Positions 46,570 through 54,799 of a stretch of 64,000 nt of DNA are shown piece after piece. How positions within the stretch are numbered: position 1 is the first letter of the stretch; each line of letters starts with the position of its first letter. The stretch is from a virus (Duplodnaviria > Caudoviricetes). The notes below the pieces were generated by a model, which ran no database searches, was not told the origin of the DNA, and worked only from the letters and a program-made list of their open reading frames with translations. Location of the stretch: IMG/VR virus record IMGVR_UViG_3300031867_000021, positions 43,603-107,602 of that record; one strand, 5' to 3'. The translations under genes were made by a program, and so were the position numbers.

Positions 46570-47331
46570 TCAGATGAAATTGAACTCTTCCTCGCCCGCT
46601 TTCGGTTTTCCAAGGTTCTGGAGGATCTTGCTCAGATACCGCATCTTGTTGCCGGAAGCTCCGGCACATTCCTCAATCGCGGACAGCAGAACCCCTTTTC
46701 CATGCTCCGCATATAAAGCCACGGCATCATCCATTACCTTCTGGTTTAACGTGAATCCGCAATACCTCATCTTGTCGAAAATCTCATTGTGATCATTGGC
46801 AAGCTTTTCGGCTTCGTCATCAGGAATGAATGATGTTGTCGATGGCGGTGATGAATCCTCGCGCGCGCGCGCGTTCTCCTTCATCGTACTCTTATTCTTA
46901 CTCTTATTCTTATTCGGGAGCATTTGTCCGTCATCTGTCGGACAAATGTCGGACGCTGGTATGTCATCAGTCCGAACTATTCCGCAATCCGCACCTTCGG
47001 CTTCATCGATTCCTGGAAATTTGCTTGTCGCAGCACGAGTCCTCTGATGCTTTGACCACGTCGTGATTTGAAGATACCGTTCGTCGGAAACCCAGTAGCA
47101 CTTGATCAGCGAAACACGTTCAAGAGTTTCAAACGCGTCGTCGATAGACTTGGCTGTCAGATTCCCCTTTCTCGGAAACAGCTCATTTTTCAAAATCACC
47201 GGATCGCGATAAAACCGCCCAAAGTCATCAGCAGTCACAAGCAAACGATAGAAGCAAACTTCCTCGAACCAGTTCAGGCCATCAATCGTCTTGCTGTACT
47301 TGATAGAGTCCTTAATCGTCCTCCACGGCAT
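46570..47331 (-). CDS. Phage replication initiator protein
   Basis: ADDFGR N-domain, low-complexity linker, DnaD-like C-terminus; upstream of helicase. Confidence 0.75.
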   Translation of the reverse strand: MPWRTIKDSIKYSKTIDGLNWFEEVCFYRLLVTADDFGRFYRDPVILKNELFPRKGNLTAKSIDDAFETLERVSLIKCYWVSDERYLQITTWSKHQRTRAATSKFPGIDEAEGADCGIVRTDDIPASDICPTDDGQMLPNKNKSKNKSTMKENARAREDSSPPSTTSFIPDDEAEKLANDHNEIFDKMRYCGFTLNQKVMDDAVALYAEHGKGVLLSAIEECAGASGNKMRYLSKILQNLGKPKAGEEEFNFI

Positions 47332-47555
47332 TACCCCTTCACCGCCCTTTGATTCCAGCAGTTTATTGACCGCTCAGCCGCCGGATTATTCCACTCGTCT
47401 TCACGGTCTCTGACCAAAATCGCCTCGCCCCTCGTTCTCGCGCCACACATGTCACAAGATACGTAGTAATAGAACTTGTCATATCGGCTTGAGTTATAAT
47501 TCAGGGAAACGCTTTCACTGCCGCAAAAAGGACACTCTTTGATTTTTCTTTCCAT
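47331..47555 (-). CDS. Lar-like restriction alleviation Zn-finger protein
   Basis: KECPFCG...CDMCGA...WNQR. Confidence 0.8.
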   Translation of the reverse strand: MERKIKECPFCGSESVSLNYNSSRYDKFYYYVSCDMCGARTRGEAILVRDREDEWNNPAAERSINCWNQRAVKG

Positions 47556-47579
47556 TTTCTTCTCTCTCTTTCTCCGGTC

Positions 47580-47936
47580 TTACAGCCAGCTCTTCTTGAA
47601 AACCCGCATGAAGGTTTTATGATCATACTTGGCTTCAAAAGCTCGCTGACAATCCTGTTTCAACCGCAAATCAATGCTTTTATCGCGATCATGAAGATCC
47701 ATATGAATGCTGTGTTTCAGCCATACCCAGCAGCCCCATTCATCGGACAACTTCCGATTCGCTACACCCCCATACACATGGTGGATATCAAGTTGACTCT
47801 GGCAGCCGGTCAGATAACATTCCGCCGGACCGTCACCCTGCAGCAGACTTGGTGCTCTCATACCTTTTCCCCCACATCTCAACGATCTTTTGCTCTTCCT
47901 GCGGCGTAATGGTCGGAATCCCGAGCGCTTCAGCAT
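47580..47936 (-). CDS. HNH-like small protein (true start probably MRAPSLLQ)
   Basis: CYLTG..HHVYGG..NRKLSD...FMRVFKKSWL. Confidence 0.55.
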   Translation of the reverse strand: MLKRSGFRPLRRRKSKRSLRCGGKGMRAPSLLQGDGPAECYLTGCQSQLDIHHVYGGVANRKLSDEWGCWVWLKHSIHMDLHDRDKSIDLRLKQDCQRAFEAKYDHKTFMRVFKKSWL

Positions 47937-48438
47937 CCTGAATCAAGCTGTTGATGAACCGCGCCATCTGCTCAGAATTAAAATCGCTGCTGCCGTAGTA
48001 AATCTTGACATTTGACCATCCGGGCTTATCGCTGGCCTGATCTCCGTCCAGGACAACAACCTGCCGGCCAACGTGCCCACGCTCCCACTGGCGCTTGAAA
48101 TACTCCACCGCAACAGTCTTCATGCCCAGGAATTCACTGACCCCTCCAATGTCCCGTATCGCGTTCCGGTAAACCATCGTCGGCGTCCACTTGACCCATG
48201 GTTCCTTCTGCTGCATCTTGGCCGTGATCTGGTCTATGAGCTCCCACGCGTACCGATTGGCGCGAAGGCTCCGCGGGCTGCTGAATTTCCTGATTGTCAC
48301 ATCCAGAAAAAACTCTTTCAGCTCATCCAGCAGCTCCCGCGGATCTTCGGTCAGGGCCAGCGAGAGAATCCACTTTCCGTCCATGCTCTTCGTGAGATCA
48401 TGAAACTTCGCTCTCATCCTCTTGCCCTCCCCTGTCAC
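47833..48438 (-). CDS. NinB-like recombination accessory protein
   Basis: RSLRANRYAW...GSSDFNSEQMARFI. Confidence 0.65.
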   Translation of the reverse strand: MTGEGKRMRAKFHDLTKSMDGKWILSLALTEDPRELLDELKEFFLDVTIRKFSSPRSLRANRYAWELIDQITAKMQQKEPWVKWTPTMVYRNAIRDIGGVSEFLGMKTVAVEYFKRQWERGHVGRQVVVLDGDQASDKPGWSNVKIYYGSSDFNSEQMARFINSLIQDAEALGIPTITPQEEQKIVEMWGKRYESTKSAAG

Positions 48439-49066
48439 GGTGCTTATGCATGTAAATCAGCTCACTCGTGGGACCAAGATTCCGGTAAAAGAAGTCGTCA
48501 CACTTCTGCTTGCTCAAATGAGTACCTAAAACCCGGTATTCGTAGGCGTATTGACCATTTGCACGCTTATCCGCGATCCGCTGCTGAATCTCTTGATCCT
48601 CATAATTCGATTCCACCATGTAGAGATCGTAGTTCGGCGCAGAGATCCCATTCAGATTATTGGTGTCTGTCGCGTAAAGCATCTTTCCACCCGGAAGATG
48701 AAGCTTGTATCCGCAATTTGGCACATCGTGCACGAGCGGTACCGGAACAACCTTGGCAATCCCGTAGTCATAGAGGCTTCCAACCTTCAGAAGGTCAATC
48801 TGCCTTGTCCTGACCCCTGCATCCACCAGAGGAGCCATGAGCCACTCACAGGCCGCAAACCGCACCAGCGGCCGCTCGAAAGCAAGCCTGCGAATCGTAG
48901 AAGCCTTGAAATGGTCTCCGTGAATGTGCGTCAGAAGAACCAACCTCAGCTCTTTAATAAAGGGCTCCAGGGCCCTGAAGGAAACCCCGCAGTCGATCAA
49001 TATGGCCCGGTTGATCAAAACCGCATTTCCTTCAGAGCCCGTGGAGATAACCTGATACTCAATCAC
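48398..49066 (-). CDS. Metallo-beta-lactamase-fold hydrolase
   Basis: STGSEGN, THIHGDH, HDVPN, ESNY, HLS. Confidence 0.9.
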   Translation of the reverse strand: MIEYQVISTGSEGNAVLINRAILIDCGVSFRALEPFIKELRLVLLTHIHGDHFKASTIRRLAFERPLVRFAACEWLMAPLVDAGVRTRQIDLLKVGSLYDYGIAKVVPVPLVHDVPNCGYKLHLPGGKMLYATDTNNLNGISAPNYDLYMVESNYEDQEIQQRIADKRANGQYAYEYRVLGTHLSKQKCDDFFYRNLGPTSELIYMHKHRDRGGQEDESEVS

Positions 49067-50064
49067 AGGTCAGCCAGATTCACCTGCTGCCCTGCCGGAG
49101 CTTCAGGTGGGACGGATTCGCCCTGCACCACGCTCGCGGTCTGACCGGGCATCTGACCGCCATCATTATTCGGTTCTGGTTCAGAGTTGAAGTTGCCGTT
49201 ATCAATCCGAATAAAACCATTATCGTTATTGAGTGCACTCTGCATTTGCACGCTTACGGGATTGTCAATGCTCATAATGCCCCACTTTGAAATCAGCTGG
49301 CGGAGCATCGTCTTTTTCGCCATGCCGTCGAAATCCTTGTACCAGTATGAGGAATATTTCCACATCTCGTTATCCGGGATTTCGTGGTTCAGGATCCTTC
49401 TGTAGGCTTCCGCACTGAAGGCCGCAGAATATTGATCGGCGTGAGCCATCATCTTTTCGCGGCTCCAGTACATCACCTTACGGAAGCCGTTCAGATACTC
49501 GAAATAAGCCACATAACCAATCACGGGAAGCTTTTCCCGAGCATCGTCATCCTCAACAAACTGGAATTTCGGCTGACCCGTCTGTGAGTCCTTGCCGAGA
49601 TACTCACCCTCTCGCAGTTCAAAGGAATCAATGTCACGATACTGACCACTTCTGATCGCGAGCTGCAGGTACCCTTTATAACCAAGCACGAACTGCGCCC
49701 GCTTCTCGCAAACTGGAATCCAGCGGCCGTTTTCACCTTTTAGGGGCTTTCCGTCAGGCCCTGTCTGCCAGATGTTTTTGCCATTGGCATCCTTGAGTTG
49801 GCAACTGAAAGGCACGAGATAATACTGACCGAGCTGCGGCGAAGGAGAAAGATTCAGGCTTTCTCCCAGGAGCGCGCCAGACAGAATTGTTCCGGGTGTA
49901 CATTCCTGCAGAGCCGGATTGACCGCCACAGCAGAGGAGATTGCACTGGTGAACCGCTGCACCCGCTGTGGATCCTGAAGAGTGTTATTGATCAACTTGC
50001 GATAAACATCCGTTGTAATGGCAACAGAAAACTTCTGCTTCTGCGGAATAACATTAGCACTCAT
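49063..50064 (-). CDS. recT: RecT-family annealing recombinase
   Basis: LSPSPQLGQYYLVPF, GYKGYLQLAIRSGQY, MAKKTMLRQL. Confidence 0.92.
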   Translation of the reverse strand: MSANVIPQKQKFSVAITTDVYRKLINNTLQDPQRVQRFTSAISSAVAVNPALQECTPGTILSGALLGESLNLSPSPQLGQYYLVPFSCQLKDANGKNIWQTGPDGKPLKGENGRWIPVCEKRAQFVLGYKGYLQLAIRSGQYRDIDSFELREGEYLGKDSQTGQPKFQFVEDDDAREKLPVIGYVAYFEYLNGFRKVMYWSREKMMAHADQYSAAFSAEAYRRILNHEIPDNEMWKYSSYWYKDFDGMAKKTMLRQLISKWGIMSIDNPVSVQMQSALNNDNGFIRIDNGNFNSEPEPNNDGGQMPGQTASVVQGESVPPEAPAGQQVNLADL

Positions 50065-50947
50065 ACTTATATCCTCCCTCTACCAGAAATTTCTTCAGAG
50101 CCCTGAGCTGGTCCAGAGTCCCAGTCACGGTGAATGTTGTGGTGTAGAACTGCGGGGCTTCCTGAGCCACTTCAGCAGCCGGAGTTTCCACCGGCGCAGC
50201 CATTTCCACCGGAGCCGCCAGAGCGCCATTCTGCGCTTCCTGCGGGGCCGTCTCGACCACTACGGAAGCAATCTCAGCTTCCCGAGCCTTCTCAGCCGCC
50301 CGCCGGGCTTCAGCCTCTTCCCTCGCCTTTCTTGCGGCCTCAATCTCCGCATGCCGCCGGTTCACAATGTTCATGGCTTCAGCCAAGTTGTAGCTCTTCC
50401 GGTACTCCGTCAGAATCTCGTCCTTATCCTCGCTCGCACTGATTGTTTCGAGCTCAGAATGAATCCGGTCAAGGAACTCGGCCGCTTTTTTCTTGAGCCC
50501 GGTCAGGCTGTCAGAGAGCCCGACCCTGATTCCCATATTGGAAAGATCCACGAACCCAGGAACAAGCCCAAGGCTGTCCCGATATTCGTTGAAGTAAGTC
50601 TGCAGAGCTTCAGCTTTCTTACCCTTCATGCCATCCTCAACCTCTGCAATCTTCTGCTTCAGAGCAGCATCCGCTTTGGTGTACATATCGCCGGCGTATT
50701 CCTTGTAAACCCGTTCTAAATGCTCATAAGGAGCCATAATTTCGGATTTGACTTCCTTGCGCCGCCTCTCAAGCTCCTGATATTCCTTATTCAGGTCACT
50801 CCTGACCTTTTTGACATCTTTGTAATTCTCTTCGGTGCAAGCAAGAGACATTGCTTCCGATACACGCTTTTCGATGCTCGCTTTCACGGCCTGAAGCTGG
50901 TCTTCAATGACCGGAAGCTGTTTTATGACAATCAGTTCCTGTTCCAT
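50054..50947 (-). CDS. DUF1351-like coiled-coil protein
   Basis: KKVRSDLNK..LERRRKEVK..PY; adjacent to recT. Confidence 0.75.
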   Translation of the reverse strand: MEQELIVIKQLPVIEDQLQAVKASIEKRVSEAMSLACTEENYKDVKKVRSDLNKEYQELERRRKEVKSEIMAPYEHLERVYKEYAGDMYTKADAALKQKIAEVEDGMKGKKAEALQTYFNEYRDSLGLVPGFVDLSNMGIRVGLSDSLTGLKKKAAEFLDRIHSELETISASEDKDEILTEYRKSYNLAEAMNIVNRRHAEIEAARKAREEAEARRAAEKAREAEIASVVVETAPQEAQNGALAAPVEMAAPVETPAAEVAQEAPQFYTTTFTVTGTLDQLRALKKFLVEGGYKYEC

Positions 50948-51245
50948 AATGTTACCTCCGTTTTTGTTTGCATATTCCAGAAGAACATGCTATAATCACC
51001 CTGTTGATTGACATCAGCACCTGTTTTGCCTGTGAGCACGCCCATGCTTGCAGGCATCTTTTTTGTCTTCGCCCATCCACCACTGGAGCTGCGGCGCCCG
51101 GCTGAAATCGGCCTTATCCTTTTTCTGCTGAATCGGAACATACTTGGGATAATATCCGACCGCATTCACCGCAGGCACAAACTGCGTCTTTTCGTTGATT
51201 CCACCCTGGGGAGCCTCCCACCGTCCGAGCCAGTCCCAAATCGCT

Positions 51246-51566
51246 TTAAGCATCTTTCCTGACCTTCCTTTCCAGCAGTTTTCCTTTTGCTTTCAGATCG
51301 CGGTTGAGGTCTTCACTAAGATCCTCATTCCACTCACTTTTTCCGGTCTTTTTGTTCACGCTCAGCAGATATCTCAGAATCTTTCTGTCCGCCCGGCCGT
51401 TCTTATCGATCCCGAATTCCACCAGTGAAACGTGAGATCCATTCGGATCAATGAGAATGCCAATTTCCATTGCGTCCGGCACCAAATGCATGATTGATTT
51501 CTCAAGCATCTCGACCTGCTGTTCAACCCGCCGAAGCACCATCTCGCTGCACTCCACTTTTCGCAC
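51246..51566 (-). CDS. Hypothetical protein
   Basis: ORF with GGAGG RBS. Confidence 0.5.
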   Translation of the reverse strand: MRKVECSEMVLRRVEQQVEMLEKSIMHLVPDAMEIGILIDPNGSHVSLVEFGIDKNGRADRKILRYLLSVNKKTGKSEWNEDLSEDLNRDLKAKGKLLERKVRKDA

Positions 51567-51574
51567 CTCCCTTC

Positions 51575-51802
51575 TCAGTCATATTGCAGTTCGAACCAGC
51601 CGTGCCGGTCGGCATAGTCGAAAGCATCCACACTCTTGAGGCAGCAGTCGCAGGCGAACACTTCGCCGTCCGGTCCTTTGTAGAAGGTATCCGCTGCCTG
51701 TCCACAGATGGGGCAATGAACTTCAGGAGCTTCAGGTACCCCGAACATTTCAGCCTCCCGAATCCTCGGGTCATCCATGATCTCAAACAGCGACATCTGC
51801 AA
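51575..51802 (-). CDS. Zn-finger hypothetical protein
   Basis: CPICG...CDCC. Confidence 0.55.
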   Translation of the reverse strand: MQMSLFEIMDDPRIREAEMFGVPEAPEVHCPICGQAADTFYKGPDGEVFACDCCLKSVDAFDYADRHGWFELQYD

Positions 51803-52043
51803 CCCTCCTCTTCTGTGCTTTTGCTCTGACCTTCAGTCTCGCTTCTCTCGCGGCATCCATCCTCTTCCTGACCACATCCGGCGAATCAACCGTCCGCCTG
51901 TTTTCCCACTCTCGCAGATCCTCTTCCCGAACTCTCAGAGGGCTTTCCATATGCCGCATCTTCCGCATGTACCGCCGGGCAGTGCATTCGCTCGTCCCGT
52001 ACCGCTCAGCGATCTCGGCCGCGCAATATAGCTTCTGCAGCAT
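51783..52043 (-). CDS. Excisionase-like HTH protein
   Basis: LYCAAEIAERYG..TARRYM..LRVREEDLREW. Confidence 0.6.
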   Translation of the reverse strand: MLQKLYCAAEIAERYGTSECTARRYMRKMRHMESPLRVREEDLREWENRRTVDSPDVVRKRMDAAREARLKVRAKAQKRRVADVAV

Positions 52044-52067
52044 CCCATTCCCTCCAATCTGCCATTA

Positions 52068-52286
52068 TTAGCCAACTTCTGTTTCCTTCTCCAACTCGGA
52101 TTCGCTGAACAAATCGTTCACAGAACAGTTGAGTGCTTCTGCGATTTTCAAGGCCGTTCTCAAGCTCGGCTGTTTGCGCCCAGTTTCAATTTCGCAAACA
52201 AACGCTTGAGACAAAGAAACTTTCTGAGCGAGCATCGCTTGGCTCATGCCGAGCTTTTCCCTTACTCCCTTTATTCTCACGGGCAT
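52068..52286 (-). CDS. Cro-like repressor
   Basis: XRE HTH, divergent from cI. Confidence 0.85.
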   Translation of the reverse strand: MPVRIKGVREKLGMSQAMLAQKVSLSQAFVCEIETGRKQPSLRTALKIAEALNCSVNDLFSESELEKETEVG

Positions 52287-52306
52287 CGACCTCCTTTCCG
52301 TAGCTA

Positions 52307-52382
52307 ATTATAGCTTTCTGCTATTCTTTTGTCAATAGCTTACTGCTAATTATTTGTCCTTGATTTTATTCGCTAATAGCTA
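52307..52382. promoter_or_regulatory. Lysis/lysogeny switch: consensus leftward promoter and three operators
   Basis: TTGACA-17-TATAAT (52335-52307, minus); T(A/C)GC-N5-GCTA at 52311, 52336, 52370. Confidence 0.75.
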
Positions 52383-52411
52383 TATTTTAAATTCAAGGAG
52401 GGCAACTGAAT

Positions 52412-53035
52412 ATGAATATCGTAAAGGAGCTTATAGAGCGAAAAGGCATAAATCAAAAAATATTATCCTATGAACTTGGTGTATCCCAACCAACAGTCAG
52501 TGATTGGTGTTCTGGCAAAAAAAGGCCAAAGGGCCCGAATGTTGACAAGCTTTCTGAATACTTCGGTGTTTCAAAAGGTGTTATCATGGGGTTTGATAAA
52601 CTTCCAGAAGACGCTATTCTTGCACTTGACAATTCATTTATAAGTATCAATAGACATTCTGTTCCTATCGTCGGTGAAATCGCCTGCGGAACTCCTATAA
52701 CAGCAGATGAGAACATAGAGGGTTATGCTGATGTTCCACAGGGTATTCACGCCGATTTCGCGCTTCGGTGTAAAGGCGATAGCATGGCGCCGACCTTTTT
52801 GGATGGGGACCTTGTTTTAATCCGAAAGCAGACAGATGTTGATGATGGAAAGATAGCCGCCGTGCTTATCGATGGCGAGGCCACATTAAAACATGTTTAT
52901 CACCAGCAAAACGGCTTGCTTCTTGTAGCTGACAACGCCGAGTATGCCCCCATTCACCTGCAAGAAACTGAATGTGAATATGTTTCTGTTCAGGGACAGG
53001 CCGTAGGCTTTGTTCGCATGTTTTCCAAAGAATAG
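52412..53035 (+). CDS. CI/LexA-type repressor (HTH plus S24 peptidase)
   Basis: VGEIACG cleavage site, GDSM, ATLK. Confidence 0.92.
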   Translation: MNIVKELIERKGINQKILSYELGVSQPTVSDWCSGKKRPKGPNVDKLSEYFGVSKGVIMGFDKLPEDAILALDNSFISINRHSVPIVGEIACGTPITADENIEGYADVPQGIHADFALRCKGDSMAPTFLDGDLVLIRKQTDVDDGKIAAVLIDGEATLKHVYHQQNGLLLVADNAEYAPIHLQETECEYVSVQGQAVGFVRMFSKE

Positions 53036-53053
53036 ACAAAGAGGAACATCGTC

Positions 53054-53563
53054 ATGGGATTGCGATATCGAAAGCGAGTCAAAGTCGCCCCTGGAGTCCA
53101 TCTGAACATCAGCAAATCCGGGATAAGCACTTCTGTCGGAAAGCGAGGATCCACTGTCAATTTTTCCAGCAAGGGCACAAGAGTTACCACGGGCATTCCC
53201 GGAACAGGCATCAGCCACTCTCAGATGGTCGGCAAGCGAAAGCGCCGCCCCTCTCAGGCTCAGCTCGAAAAGGCGCAGCGCGAAGTTCAGGAGGGCCTTG
53301 GTCTGACTGACAAAGAAATGAAATGGCTGACCAAGCAGATAAACAGACATCCCAGAAGGTTCCGAGGAAAATCAGCGGAAGAGGTTCTTACGATCATCAA
53401 AAAGCGCCGCAGGAACTTCAGATTTCTGAAGTACCTTTTATATGCCGTTCTCGCCGGATATGGTGGCTCTATATTCACCCAGAACAATGTTCCGATGATG
53501 ATTGCCATCGGTGGATGGTTCGCGGTCTACGTTTTCAATATTCTTTTCATAAAGGCCAAGTAG
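53054..53563 (+). CDS. DUF4236 membrane protein
   Basis: MGLRYRKRVKVAPGVHLNISKSG..GIPGTGIS; C-terminal TM segments. Confidence 0.85.
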   Translation: MGLRYRKRVKVAPGVHLNISKSGISTSVGKRGSTVNFSSKGTRVTTGIPGTGISHSQMVGKRKRRPSQAQLEKAQREVQEGLGLTDKEMKWLTKQINRHPRRFRGKSAEEVLTIIKKRRRNFRFLKYLLYAVLAGYGGSIFTQNNVPMMIAIGGWFAVYVFNILFIKAK

Positions 53564-53575
53564 AGAGGTATAGAA

Positions 53576-54718
53576 ATGGGCCGCCAGAAAAAACAGCACC
53601 TGAAGCAGCGAAAAGATGGACGTTATGTTGCCGTCTATCACGGGATCCAGTTTATGGGCAATACGGAAGAGGAAGCCCTGGAGGCCAGACAGGCATATAA
53701 GGACGCAGAAGCCGAAGAACTGCAAAGCACCATGACCGTGGCTGAATATGCCGAAACATGGCTGCCAATCGCTCATCCGAAATCCACAATCACCCCCGGC
53801 ACTTACAGAGGGCTTGAAGGACATATCAAAAAGATAAACCGTGTTATCGGGGATGAATTTCTCTGCGACCTGACACCTGTTCACATTAAGAAAATCTATT
53901 CAACAGAATATGCCGGTCTATCCGCATCTTATATCAGATCCGGCAAGCAGCTTATCAGCACCATGCTCGACGCCGCCGTATCGGAAGGATATCTCCGCTC
54001 GAATCCTGCAAAAGATTCAACCGCCAAACCCCACAAGGGCACATTTCACGGGCATAGATCAATCACACAGCAGGAGCGCACATGGATCGAAACCCTTTGC
54101 ACCGATCACCGGGCACATGCGGCCGTTATGACCATGCTCTACGCCGGCATCCGGCCACAGGAAATGAAAGCCCTTCAGATTGAACGATCGGTCGATTTTG
54201 AGAATGATACGATCACCTTGGTCGATTTCGCTCACATGGATACGCCCCAAACCTACAAAATAACGGACAAAGGGAAAACAGAGCACGCAAAACGGACCAT
54301 TCCGCTTCTTCCTCCCTTGAAAAAGGCCCTGACCGGAAAGAAAGGTTATTTGATCACTGACGCCAAAGGGAAAAGAGTGAACGTTCAAGCCTGGAAGTGT
54401 GTTTGGAAATCCTACGTTTTTCACATGGAAACCGCCATCAACGGCTGCGAGAAAAGATGGTATGGAAAAACCAGAGAACACAAAGCCATTTTGGCTCAAG
54501 GCGGCAAGCTCCCGCCCTGGATTGACTTCACGGTTGTCCCATACGACCTCCGGCACTCTTTTTGCACCATGTGCAGAGACAACGGGGTCGAGCTGAACAC
54601 CTGCGTCCACTGGATGGGACACGCTGACGCCAACATGATCATGAAGATTTACGATGAGTATTCTGCAGACAGAGGCAAGAATGAAGCTCAGAAGCTGATT
54701 TCCTTGTTTGCTGATTAA
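53576..54718 (+). CDS. int: Tyrosine integrase
   Basis: YAGIRPQE, YDLRHSF, WMGHAD..IY. Confidence 0.92.
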   Translation: MGRQKKQHLKQRKDGRYVAVYHGIQFMGNTEEEALEARQAYKDAEAEELQSTMTVAEYAETWLPIAHPKSTITPGTYRGLEGHIKKINRVIGDEFLCDLTPVHIKKIYSTEYAGLSASYIRSGKQLISTMLDAAVSEGYLRSNPAKDSTAKPHKGTFHGHRSITQQERTWIETLCTDHRAHAAVMTMLYAGIRPQEMKALQIERSVDFENDTITLVDFAHMDTPQTYKITDKGKTEHAKRTIPLLPPLKKALTGKKGYLITDAKGKRVNVQAWKCVWKSYVFHMETAINGCEKRWYGKTREHKAILAQGGKLPPWIDFTVVPYDLRHSFCTMCRDNGVELNTCVHWMGHADANMIMKIYDEYSADRGKNEAQKLISLFAD

Positions 54719-54799
54719 AATTATATTATTTAATACTGGACACCCGAATTTAAATTGATATATAATTATGCCATCAATTAAAGAAGGCGGTTGAAAGGC

